Positions 1 through 8,788 of a stretch of 64,000 nucleotides of DNA are shown one piece after another. Source of the DNA: an uncultured Spirochaetota bacterium (lineage in GTDB: Bacteria > Spirochaetota > Brevinematia > Brevinematales > JAOACQ01); NCBI GenBank assembly GCA_963768055.1, contig CAVYGN010000001.1, positions 1,230,080 to 1,294,079 on the forward strand, written 5' to 3'. Made by a program: the position numbers and the translations under genes. The first letter of the stretch is position 1; every line of letters begins with the position of its first letter. Below the pieces are notes generated by a model. The model was not told where the DNA came from, searched no databases, and was given only the letters and a program-made list of their open reading frames with translations.

Positions 1-1100
1 TTGTATAGCCCTTGCCGATGCTGTCCTTCATAAGCCTTGAAAGGGAGGGCAGGATATCGACGGGCGGGTATATGCCTTTTCCGTTCAGTTCCCTTCCCAA
101 AACGATCTGGCCCTCGGTTATATAGCCTGTCAGGTCGGGGACCGGATGTGTTATATCGTCATTTGGCATTGTCAGGATGGGTATCTGGGTTATGCTCCCC
201 TTTTTATTCTGGACACGTCCGGCCCTTTCATAGATCGTGGAAAGGTCGCTGTACATATAGCCGGGAAAACCCTTTCTGGCGGGTACTTCGCCTCTCGCGT
301 TAGCGATTTCCCGCAGCGCTTCGCAATAACTCGTCATATCTGTAAGGATCACAAGCACATGCTTGTCCTTTTCATACGCTAAATACTCGGCGGCGGTAAG
401 CGCGACGCGGGGAGTTATGATCCTTTCGATGGGAGGGTCGTCGGCCCGGTTTAAAAACATCGCTACGTTTTTAAGAGCTCCTGTTTCTTCGAAATTTTTG
501 ATAAAAAAGAAGGCGTCATCATGTTTTATACCCATGGCTGCAAAAATAACGGCGAAATTACCGGATTCCTCGCCCGGAAGCTTTGCCTGGGCGGCGATCT
601 GAGCCGCTAATTCGTTATGCGGCAGGCCGGCTGCGGAAAAAATGGGAAGTTTCTGGCCCCGTACAAGCGTATTCATGAGATCGATTGTCGAAACGCCGGT
701 TTCAATGTATTCGCGCGGATACGCCCTGACCACCGGGTTCAACGGCTCGCCGTTGGCATTTTTTACCGTTTCCGGAATAATATCGGATAATCCGTCGATC
801 TGTTTTCCCATTCCGTTAAAAACCCTGCCGAGTATCTTTTCCGAAAGCCCTATTTCGAAAGGTTTGCCTTTGAAAATAACCCTGATCTTTTGAGGATTTA
901 TGCCGCTGGAACCCTCGAATAATTGTATTAAAAGGGCTTCGTCTGAAGACTCGAGAACTTTGCCATGCCTTACGGAACCGTCCGATAATTTCATTTCGAC
1001 CATTTCGTCATAGCCTATGCCTTTTATGCCTTCCACGATAGCGAGAGGCCCTTTTAAGCCTGCGATTCCGACATATTCTTTACTCATTTCTATGGCCATT
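1..1100 (-). CDS. atpB: V-type (A/V) ATP synthase subunit B, N-terminal ~366 aa only (C-terminus beyond the window edge)
   Basis: Absent from the ORF track because it is truncated. My minus-strand translation from ATG 1100 reads [24 protein letters not shown]...[29 protein letters not shown]...[15 protein letters not shown], typical of subunit B. GGAG lies 6 nt upstream of the ATG. The gene is 33 nt downstream of subunit A. Confidence 0.9.
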
Positions 1101-1133
1101 TTAAACTCCACCGATCTTTATTAAGGACGGTCA

Positions 1134-2909
1134 CTATTTATATTCTTCCCTTAAATCATCGAATTCCTTATGCATTTCCTTTTCGACTTCGTCAATATCT
1201 GTTAACCGGTCGTTGGGTACGGTAAGCTTGATGCGGATCATTTTTGGAATGCATTTCATATCGCGGATTGTAAGGATAGGCGCGCCAAGCTTGATAATTT
1301 CCTCCGCCCTTTCAAGGAATCTAAGAAAGATCCTCAATATTTTCAACTGCTTCTCCGGGGTGGAGTAAGTGTCTATTTCATCGAATGCTCCCTGCTGAAG
1401 AAATCCGAGCTTGATCAGCCTCGCCGTTTCCAGGTAAAGCCTTTCGCTGTCGGGCAGCGCGTCGGGTCCTATCAATTTGACTATCCTCAGAAGCCTGTCC
1501 TCTTTCTGGAGAATTTCATAGGTTTTAATCCTGACTTCCCTGTAATCGTTTGCGACATGTTCATCCCACCATGGACGGACATCTTCGACATACTGGCTGT
1601 AACTCCTCATCCAGTTTATAGCCGGGTAATGGCGACTGCTTGCCAGATTTTTATCCAATTCCCAGAAACACCTCACAAACCTTTTCGTGTTCTGGGTCAC
1701 AGGTTCTGAAAAATCCCCCCCTGGAGGCGAAACGGCGCCAATCACGCTTATGGAACCCCAGGACCCGCTTTTTGTTTTGACATAACCGGCCCTTTCATAA
1801 AACGCCGCAAGCCTTGACCCCAGGTATGCCGGAAATCCCTCTTCAGCGGGCATTTCTTCAAGCCTTCCGGATAGTTCTCTCAGGGCTTCCGCCCAGCGTG
1901 ACGTAGAGTCGGCCATGATGGCGACATCATAACCCATATCCCTGTAATATTCCCCGAGAGTTATCCCTGTATAAATCGAAGCCTCTCTCGCTGTAACCGG
2001 CATGTTCGAGGTATTTGCAATAAGTATCGTTCTTTCCATTAAAGGTTTCCCGGTCCTGGGATCGATAAGCTTGGGAAAGTCTTCAAGCACTTCCGTCATC
2101 TCGTTTCCCCTTTCGCCGCAGCCTATATAAACTATAACCTGGGCGTCGGCCCATTTTGCAAGCTGGTGCTGAGTTATAGTTTTCCCTGTACCGAAACCGC
2201 CGGGTATGCCAGCCGTTCCGCCTTTTGTTATTGGAAAAAATATATCCACGATCCTCTGCCCTGTAATCAGGGGAATTATCGGCTTGGACCTTTCCAAGAT
2301 AGGCCTTAAAACTTTTACAGGCCACCTATGGTATAATTTTATTTCAATTTCCTCGTCTTCATCGGTTTTAACTACGGCAATTACATCGTCAAGCTTATAA
2401 TCCCCTTCCGGGGCCATCTTCACTAAAACCCCTTGTTTTACGTCGGGCTTAATGAGTATTCTATGTTCAATAACGCTTGTTTCCTGCACTGTTCCAAGTA
2501 TTGCGCCGCCTTCAACCCTTGTTCCCTCTGTAAGAACAGGCTTAAAATGCCACACTTTCTCCCTGTCGAGGGAAGGTACATTAATACCCCTGCCGATGTA
2601 AATTCCCGACCTTCTTTCAATTTCCTCAAGGGGCCTCTGGATCCCGTCGAATATATTGCCGATGATTCCCGGCCCCAACTCTACCGATAAGGGGAGCCCG
2701 GTGCCGTATACAGGATCGCCCGGCCTGATGCCGCTCGTGTCCTCATAGACCTGGATGATCGCGATATCGCCCCTGATGCTTAATACTTCAGCAATCAGGC
2801 GGTAATCGGATACCTCGACGAGTTCCATCATCTGCAGCATATCTTCGAGCTTGGCATGAATGATGGGGCCGTTGATTTTTAATATAATGCCCGCTTTTTT
2901 ACTTTCCAT
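1134..2909 (-). CDS. atpA: V-type ATP synthase catalytic subunit A
   Basis: 591 aa. Walker A GGFGTGKT and the characteristic non-homologous insert of A subunits. Operon context with E, F, K and B. Confidence 0.95.
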   Translation of the reverse strand: MESKKAGIILKINGPIIHAKLEDMLQMMELVEVSDYRLIAEVLSIRGDIAIIQVYEDTSGIRPGDPVYGTGLPLSVELGPGIIGNIFDGIQRPLEEIERRSGIYIGRGINVPSLDREKVWHFKPVLTEGTRVEGGAILGTVQETSVIEHRILIKPDVKQGVLVKMAPEGDYKLDDVIAVVKTDEDEEIEIKLYHRWPVKVLRPILERSKPIIPLITGQRIVDIFFPITKGGTAGIPGGFGTGKTITQHQLAKWADAQVIVYIGCGERGNEMTEVLEDFPKLIDPRTGKPLMERTILIANTSNMPVTAREASIYTGITLGEYYRDMGYDVAIMADSTSRWAEALRELSGRLEEMPAEEGFPAYLGSRLAAFYERAGYVKTKSGSWGSISVIGAVSPPGGDFSEPVTQNTKRFVRCFWELDKNLASSRHYPAINWMRSYSQYVEDVRPWWDEHVANDYREVRIKTYEILQKEDRLLRIVKLIGPDALPDSERLYLETARLIKLGFLQQGAFDEIDTYSTPEKQLKILRIFLRFLERAEEIIKLGAPILTIRDMKCIPKMIRIKLTVPNDRLTDIDEVEKEMHKEFDDLREEYK

Positions 2910-2936
2910 AATTTTCCTCTAAACAATTGTTCGGGG

Positions 2937-3614
2937 CTAAAGTTCTCTTATAATACCAATGGGTGTTTGCTCCGAGCTCTGCCCAAGGGGATTGTCCCTC
3001 AAGACTGCCAAAAGCCAATTTTTATCTAACGACCTGTCGGACCTTCCCAGAATTTTCCCTCCAAGGTCGTTAAGATCGACAATTACAGCTCGTTCCATAA
3101 CTTTTCCGGCAATTTCAGACGCAACTTTATCGGGTTTATCGGGCCCGAGGACAACATAAGAATTATAGGGAGGAAGAGTATTAGGGGTCGGACCGTCGAT
3201 CGACGAAGCCTTATAACCGGCGACCCTGTAAAAATCACCCTTTCTTCCAAGAAGCTTCCCTGCGGATCCGATTACCGCTGCGATAAGGATCCTGACAGCG
3301 CCGCATTCTTTTAAAGCCATTTCCATCGTTTCAGGTATCCCAAGCCCTATCCCGTTCGGGGTCTTAGTCACATAATGTGAAAGAAATACGGCAAGGCGGC
3401 CGGGCTTGATCTCCTTTACCGGATATGCCCTTCCCTGCGTAATGGCTACAGCTTTCTCGCTGATAAAAATAATATCTTTCTTTTTTAACGCCGGAAGCGT
3501 ATATTTTTTTACGACATCTACAATGTTGTCTTCCCTGGTGATTACATGAGTTTTTATTGGTAATCTAACATACTTTTTGCCGCTTACGGCTATCTCGGGA
3601 TTTTTAACCTTCAT
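2937..3614 (-). CDS. CofE-like (F420-0:gamma-glutamyl ligase family, PF01996-like) protein of unknown role, embedded in the V-ATPase operon
   Basis: By-eye match to CofE blocks: KDIIFISEKAVAITQGRAY, YKASSIDGPTPN, AVIVDLNDLGGKILG and a C-terminal PLGQSSEQTPIGIIREL. The track start (GTG 3620) overlaps the AAGGAG at 3625-3620. ATG 3614 lies 5 nt after that SD, so I start the gene there. Confidence 0.6.
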   Translation of the reverse strand: MKVKNPEIAVSGKKYVRLPIKTHVITREDNIVDVVKKYTLPALKKKDIIFISEKAVAITQGRAYPVKEIKPGRLAVFLSHYVTKTPNGIGLGIPETMEMALKECGAVRILIAAVIGSAGKLLGRKGDFYRVAGYKASSIDGPTPNTLPPYNSYVVLGPDKPDKVASEIAGKVMERAVIVDLNDLGGKILGRSDRSLDKNWLLAVLRDNPLGQSSEQTPIGIIREL

Positions 3615-3644
3615 CGACACTCCTTAACAGGACAAGCTCTCCGA

Positions 3645-4226
3645 TCAGCCCAATTCTTCCGAAATCATTTTAAGAAAAACAGGTCTTTTCCTTTCAAAAA
3701 TATTTTCAAGAGAATTGTCAACATAACTTCCGCCTGAACTGCATATGACTCCGCCGTCTATCTTCACGGCATCCTTAAGGACCAGCTCTCCTTCTCTGAA
3801 ATCCTTAGCCAATTCGCTGAAAAGGCCGATATCGTCCTTTGAGAGAGACACCTCTACGGGGATCGAACCTATTAAATCGGCCGACAACCTGACCAGCTTC
3901 TTTAGAAAATTCAGGTAGCCTTCCCTGTTCTGCTTCAATTGCCTGATCAATTCTTTTAAAGATTCTTCAAGGATCCTGTCTATGAGATTTACTTCCATTT
4001 TCTGACGGTCTCTGTAAGTTTCCAGTTCCGCCTTTGCGGTCAGCTTGATCCTTTTCCGTTTTATTTCAGCCGCCAGAACCTCTTTCGCCTCCGACATCCT
4101 CTTATCGATTTCTTCAGCAGCCTCTATGATCCTTTTATCAGTCTCAATTATGGCCGCATTCAGAGACTCGTTATTGAGTTCTTCAGAATCACGGCTGATG
4201 TCGTTTAAAATTTCCTTAAGACCCAT
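3645..4226 (-). CDS. atpE: V-type ATP synthase subunit E (peripheral stalk)
   Basis: 193 aa with a long charged N-terminal helix and a globular C-terminal domain (VKIDGGVICSSGGSYVDNSLENIFE), the typical subunit E pattern. Operon position. Confidence 0.85.
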   Translation of the reverse strand: MGLKEILNDISRDSEELNNESLNAAIIETDKRIIEAAEEIDKRMSEAKEVLAAEIKRKRIKLTAKAELETYRDRQKMEVNLIDRILEESLKELIRQLKQNREGYLNFLKKLVRLSADLIGSIPVEVSLSKDDIGLFSELAKDFREGELVLKDAVKIDGGVICSSGGSYVDNSLENIFERKRPVFLKMISEELG

Positions 4227-4250
4227 AGGTCGTACCTTCGCCTCTTTTTT

Positions 4251-4556
4251 TTATATCCTTATTCCCACGGCTTCCCTTATATAATCCGCGAGGTTTTTTA
4301 AACCCTCGATGTGCCCCTTCGAATCTGGTATATCAATGACAAGGGGAAGCTCTTTTGAAAATCTCATCTGATTTATCAACTCCCTGGCCCATTCCGCTAC
4401 TCTTTCCGTTACTACTATCAAGCCGAAGCTTTTTGATTTCCTGATCTTTTTGATTTCATTTATAGCGTCTTCCTGGTTTTCAATTATCCTGCTTTCCATG
4501 CCGGAAAGGCCGAATAAAAGAGAGGTTTCTTTGTCGCCAAGAACGATCAGTTTCAT
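4251..4556 (-). CDS. atpF: V-type ATP synthase subunit F
   Basis: 101 aa. MKLIVLGDKETSLLFGLSGM...GLIVVTERVAEW...PLVIDIPD matches the small flavodoxin-like F subunit. Confidence 0.85.
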   Translation of the reverse strand: MKLIVLGDKETSLLFGLSGMESRIIENQEDAINEIKKIRKSKSFGLIVVTERVAEWARELINQMRFSKELPLVIDIPDSKGHIEGLKNLADYIREAVGIRI

Positions 4557-4575
4557 TCATAATTCCTTTTTATAA

Positions 4576-5043
4576 TTATATTCTTGTCATTATGAGAATA
4601 GCTATGACTATTCCGTAAATAGCGATGCCTTCGCCCATTGCGACAAAGACGATCGCGCTTCCGAATATTTTAGGGTTTTCAGATATGCCTCCGATAGCCG
4701 CGGCTCCCGACATTCCTACTGCTATGCCCGCTCCCAGCGAGCCGATGCCGACGGCAAGCGCAGCCGCTATTAAGCCCAGCCCCGACTGGTCTTGAGCGGG
4801 AGGTTTAGTTTCCTGTACCGATGTCTGTGTCTGTGCAGATTGTGTTTGCGCATGGCCCTTGGTCACGGCAAGTGATAAAATCCCGACGCTGAGGATCAGG
4901 AGTGAAAAAAGGCCGGTCAGGCCCAACGTTTTAATGAAAGCCCCTTTCATTTTCCCGCTTATATTTTCTTTTTTGTGACACAGATAAATCAGGATAATAC
5001 CGCCCATAAGCGCAGCGAATACGACCAAACCGATAATTATCAT
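4576..5043 (-). CDS. atpK: V-type ATP synthase proteolipid subunit K with a non-canonical N-terminal extension
   Basis: The C-terminal ~66 aa form a single c-subunit hairpin (GLIAAALAVGIGSLGAGIAVGMSG...VFVAMGEGIAIYGIVIAIL) with the ion-binding Glu. The N-terminal 90 aa hold two hydrophobic segments plus a Q/T-rich linker. GGAGGA lies 4 nt upstream of ATG 5043. Confidence 0.8.
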   Translation of the reverse strand: MIIIGLVVFAALMGGIILIYLCHKKENISGKMKGAFIKTLGLTGLFSLLILSVGILSLAVTKGHAQTQSAQTQTSVQETKPPAQDQSGLGLIAAALAVGIGSLGAGIAVGMSGAAAIGGISENPKIFGSAIVFVAMGEGIAIYGIVIAILIMTRI

Positions 5044-5072
5044 ACTTTCCTCCGCATTGTAATTTATAAATC

Positions 5073-5101
5073 ATTATAAAACTCTTTCCTTTTTATTGCA
5101 A
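5073..5101 (-). promoter_or_regulatory. Candidate sigma70 promoter of the V-ATPase operon (TTGCAA-17 nt-TATAAT)
   Basis: Read on the minus strand: TTGCAA (5101-5096), a 17-nt spacer, then TATAAT (5078-5073), about 30 nt upstream of the atpK ATG. Confidence 0.5.
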
Positions 5102-5114
5102 AGGATTTTTTGTT

Positions 5115-5191
5115 CAGTCAACAGTCGATAGTCGACAATCAACAGACAGCATAACCGCACTTCAGACTAACGACTGCAGATTGGCGACTGA
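5115..5191 (+). repeat. Imperfect heptanucleotide tandem array (locus A)
   Basis: CAGTCAA CAGTCGA TAGTCGA CAATCAA CAGACAG (5115-5149), then AGACTAA CGACTGC AGATTGG CGACTGA (5164-5191). Shares the 15-mer AGTCGATAGTCGACA with 58739-58753. Confidence 0.7.
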
Positions 5192-5282
5192 TTATATATC
5201 TCATCAAAAGTTCGCAAAAATATTGATGCCCGGTTAAAATTATTATTTGGAAAAGGGGCATTAAAAATATAAGGATAGAATA

Positions 5283-5939
5283 ATGATCGACCTCCATACC
5301 CACACTCTGTGGAGTGACGGCGAACTTATGCCGGCGGAACATGTAAGAAGGGCAATTAAGGCAGGATATGAGGCTATCGCTTTGACGGACCATGCCGATA
5401 CATCGAATATCGAGGAACTCTGTAAGGAAAGCGTGCAATTTGCATCAGCCATGAACAGGCTGCAGAATGAAATTACCGTACTGTCCGGTTTGGAACTGAC
5501 GCATATTTTGCCTGAAGAGATCCCGGAATTGACGAAATATGCAAGGGGTAATGGAGTTTTAATTATTGTTGTCCATGGAGAAACGATAACCGAGCCCGTA
5601 AGGGCCGGAACTAATATGGCTGCTATCAAAGCGGGCGTTGACATCCTGGCCCATCCCGGACTTATTTCCGATGAGGAAGTCCGCCTCGCGGCGCAGAAGG
5701 GCGTTTTTCTTGAAATTTCCGCTCGAAGAGGACATTCCCTGACAAACGGGCATGTCGCCCGCCTTTCAAGCCTGCATGGCAGTCCGATGGTAATCGATAC
5801 GGATTCCCATTCCCACAATGATTTTATATCCGATCAAACAGCGGAAAAAATCCTGCTCGGTGCCGGGCTCGACATGCAATCCCTGCCCGGAATATTCCAG
5901 AATTCACATGAAATTGTTAAAAAATCTTTCAATAGATAA
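5283..5939 (+). CDS. PHP-domain (histidinol-phosphatase-like) metal-dependent phosphoesterase
   Basis: 218 aa. N-terminal IDLHTHTLWSDG motif, plus later DHAD and HGE/HP histidines typical of the PHP fold. Confidence 0.75.
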   Translation: MIDLHTHTLWSDGELMPAEHVRRAIKAGYEAIALTDHADTSNIEELCKESVQFASAMNRLQNEITVLSGLELTHILPEEIPELTKYARGNGVLIIVVHGETITEPVRAGTNMAAIKAGVDILAHPGLISDEEVRLAAQKGVFLEISARRGHSLTNGHVARLSSLHGSPMVIDTDSHSHNDFISDQTAEKILLGAGLDMQSLPGIFQNSHEIVKKSFNR

Positions 5940-5954
5940 TCTAAAGGGATAAAA

Positions 5955-7460
5955 ATGGCTTATTCCAATTCATTTTCCCTCGATCTTTTCCCTGAAAAAA
6001 TCCCCGAAGACCTGGTTTTCATCACAGAAAGGCTGAAATCTGAAGGATATGAGGCATTTCTCGTTGGGGGAGCGGTAAGGGATATCATTTTATCGGGTAT
6101 GAAGAAAAATTCTTATTCCGATATGGAGTTCGACTTAACGACAAACGCCGAACCCGAAAAGGTAATATCCCTGTTCAGGAAAAACGGCAGGACCAGGATT
6201 TTTACAGTTCCCACCGGGCTATTACATGGCACAGTCACTGTAATAATAGTAACGAACGATATCGCTTCCAGCTATGAAGTCACCACATACCGTGTAGACA
6301 GCTTTTATAAAGACGGCCGGCATCCTTCATCCGTAAGCTTTTCTTCATCATTGACTGAAGATCTTGCCCGAAGGGACTTTACAATCAACGCCCTTGCTTA
6401 TGATATACAGGAGAAGCAAGTAATCGATCCCTTTCAGGGGCTCTCAGATCTTAAAAGGAATATAATAAAAACTGTAGGAGACCCCTTGACCCGCTTCATG
6501 GAAGACGGATTACGGCCTGTGAGGGCCTGCCGTTTTGCAGCACAGCTCGGGTTTAAAATCGACAACGGCACTTTCGGGGCTATTCCAAGGGTATTAGAAA
6601 CTGTAAGAATGGTATCCCTTGAAAGGATCCATGACGAAATCATGAAACTCATGAAAACCGGAAAACCGTCTATCGGCATTGAATACTTGAGGAAATCGGG
6701 CATACTCGAAATATTTATTCCCGAATTGCTTGAAGGATACAGGCTCAATCAAAATGAGTATCATAAATACGATGTTTACTATCATAATTTATATACATGC
6801 GACGCGGTCAATTTGGCAAAACCCCAGATAAGGCTTGCCGGTCTTTTTCATGATATAGGAAAACCAAGGGCGCAGTATTTCGCTTCTACGAACGGCAACG
6901 GAAATGTGTTTTACAATCATGAAGTGATCGGTGAAAAGCTGACGGAAAAAATCCTTAAAAGGCTGAAATTCAGCAACAACGACACAAAAAAAATAAAGAA
7001 ATTGGTAAAGCTCCATATGTTTTATTATACGGAGGAATGGAGCGACGGTGCCGTGAGGCGTTTTTTAAAAAAACTGAGGGACGATTCCATAGACCTTGAC
7101 GATCTTTTCGAGCTTCGTAAAGCCGACAGGATAGGCAGCGGCCTGCGAAGCGGAGATGCTGAGATTCTTGATAAATTTAAAAATCGGATCGAAACTATCA
7201 TTAAAGAGGACAACGCCCTTAAAGTAACGGATCTTGACATAGACGGCAATGAAATAATGAAGCGGTTCAATATCGGCCCTTCGAAAATTATCGGGGAAAT
7301 TCTTGAATATATGCTCCAGAGAGTCCTTGACAATCCGGATTTAAACAAAAAAGATAAACTATATACTATAGGCGAGGAGTTTCTAAAAAAGAAAGCCGAT
7401 TCATTAAAAGAAAATTCCTCATCAAAAAATCAAACGGATGAAATGCCGATTTTCATTTAA
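5955..7460 (+). CDS. cca: CCA-adding tRNA nucleotidyltransferase / poly(A) polymerase family with HD domain
   Basis: 501 aa. LVGGAVRDIIL nucleotidyltransferase motif, RRDFTINALAY, and the HD motif GLFHDIGKP. Confidence 0.85.
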   Translation: MAYSNSFSLDLFPEKIPEDLVFITERLKSEGYEAFLVGGAVRDIILSGMKKNSYSDMEFDLTTNAEPEKVISLFRKNGRTRIFTVPTGLLHGTVTVIIVTNDIASSYEVTTYRVDSFYKDGRHPSSVSFSSSLTEDLARRDFTINALAYDIQEKQVIDPFQGLSDLKRNIIKTVGDPLTRFMEDGLRPVRACRFAAQLGFKIDNGTFGAIPRVLETVRMVSLERIHDEIMKLMKTGKPSIGIEYLRKSGILEIFIPELLEGYRLNQNEYHKYDVYYHNLYTCDAVNLAKPQIRLAGLFHDIGKPRAQYFASTNGNGNVFYNHEVIGEKLTEKILKRLKFSNNDTKKIKKLVKLHMFYYTEEWSDGAVRRFLKKLRDDSIDLDDLFELRKADRIGSGLRSGDAEILDKFKNRIETIIKEDNALKVTDLDIDGNEIMKRFNIGPSKIIGEILEYMLQRVLDNPDLNKKDKLYTIGEEFLKKKADSLKENSSSKNQTDEMPIFI

Positions 7461-7472
7461 GGGTGCTTCCGT

Positions 7473-8768
7473 ATGGAGAATACAATGAATGATTATACAT
7501 TGTTAAGCAGAAAGAGCCTGATATCGAAGCTTTCAGAAATGCAGAAAAGATTTGAAGATATCAAATCCATGGGACTGAAACTGGACATGTCGCGTGGAAA
7601 GCCCTGCCCGGAACAGCTTGATCTGTCTATGGAAATTCTTAAAATCAATGACTTTATATCATCCGATGGAAATGACTGCAGAAATTACGGCATGGTCGAC
7701 GGTCTGCCTGAAGCCAGGAAACTTTTTTCCGAATTATTGGAAGTAAGCGAAGAGGAAATAATAATAAGCGGTAACTCCAGCCTCAATCTGATGCATGATA
7801 TAATCGCGGCAGCTCTCCTGCTGGGTGTAAACGGAATAGACAAGCCCTGGCGTTCGGAGGGTCTTCCGGCAGTAAAATTCCTATGCCCCAGCCCGGGTTA
7901 TGACAGGCATTTCGCAATATGTGAGCTTTTTGGAATCGGCATGATCCCTATCGACATGAAAAACGACGGCCCGGATATGGATAGGATAGAAAAACTGGTT
8001 TCAAAGGATGAACTTATCAAAGGGATCTGGTGCGTCCCAAATTACAGCAATCCCGATGGAATTAATTATTCCGGCGAAGTGGTGGTGAGGCTTGCCGAAA
8101 TGGAAACAAAAGCCCCGGATTTCAGGATCTTCTGGGATAAGGCATACGCGTTTCATCACCTGACTGACACGCATGTAAAAGTTGATAACCTTCTTGAAGC
8201 CTGTAAAAAAACCGGAAATCCTGACAGGGTATTTATATTCGCTTCCACCTCTAAAATTACCTTTGCCGGAGCGGGTATTTCAATGGTGGCTTCAAGCGTG
8301 TCAAATATTAAATACCTGAAAAGGCTTATATCCATTCAGACGATCGGACCTGACAAGCTTAACCAGCTGCGTCATGTAAAATTCTTTAAAAACGCCGAAG
8401 GAATTTATTCTCATATGAAAAAACATGGTGCAATTTTAAAACCCAAGTTTGACGCCGTGTTTTCAATTCTCGAAAAGGAACTGGGCAATAAAGGAATAGC
8501 CTCATGGAATAAACCCGACGGAGGCTATTTTATCAGCCTTAATGTGATGGATAACTGCGCAGGAAAAATCGTCGCTATGGCAGGCGATGGCGGAGCTGTA
8601 TTCACCAAGGCCGGGGCGACTTTCCCTTACGGAAGGGACCCGAGGGATAGAAATATCAGGATCGCGCCTACCTACCCCTCGCTGGACGAACTCAGGAAGG
8701 CTATTGAACTTTTATGCATCTGCGTCCAGATCGTCTGTATCCGTTCATTGCTGGAAAAAGAGCCGTAG
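7473..8768 (+). CDS. PLP-dependent aminotransferase (fold type I, aspartate-aminotransferase-like)
   Basis: 431 aa. MSRGKPCPEQLDL N-terminal block, PNYSNPDG, and the PLP-lysine block FASTSKITFAG. Confidence 0.75.
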   Translation: MENTMNDYTLLSRKSLISKLSEMQKRFEDIKSMGLKLDMSRGKPCPEQLDLSMEILKINDFISSDGNDCRNYGMVDGLPEARKLFSELLEVSEEEIIISGNSSLNLMHDIIAAALLLGVNGIDKPWRSEGLPAVKFLCPSPGYDRHFAICELFGIGMIPIDMKNDGPDMDRIEKLVSKDELIKGIWCVPNYSNPDGINYSGEVVVRLAEMETKAPDFRIFWDKAYAFHHLTDTHVKVDNLLEACKKTGNPDRVFIFASTSKITFAGAGISMVASSVSNIKYLKRLISIQTIGPDKLNQLRHVKFFKNAEGIYSHMKKHGAILKPKFDAVFSILEKELGNKGIASWNKPDGGYFISLNVMDNCAGKIVAMAGDGGAVFTKAGATFPYGRDPRDRNIRIAPTYPSLDELRKAIELLCICVQIVCIRSLLEKEP

Positions 8769-8788
8769 GGTATTAGAAGCACCTAAAT

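Noticed and set aside
5115-5191. Heptamer arrays (also 12984-13018 and 58738-58765) considered as CRISPR-like or minisatellite arrays.
   Set aside because: The units are contiguous 7-mers without spacers, and each array is under 80 nt. They are reported as short tandem repeats, not as CRISPR.
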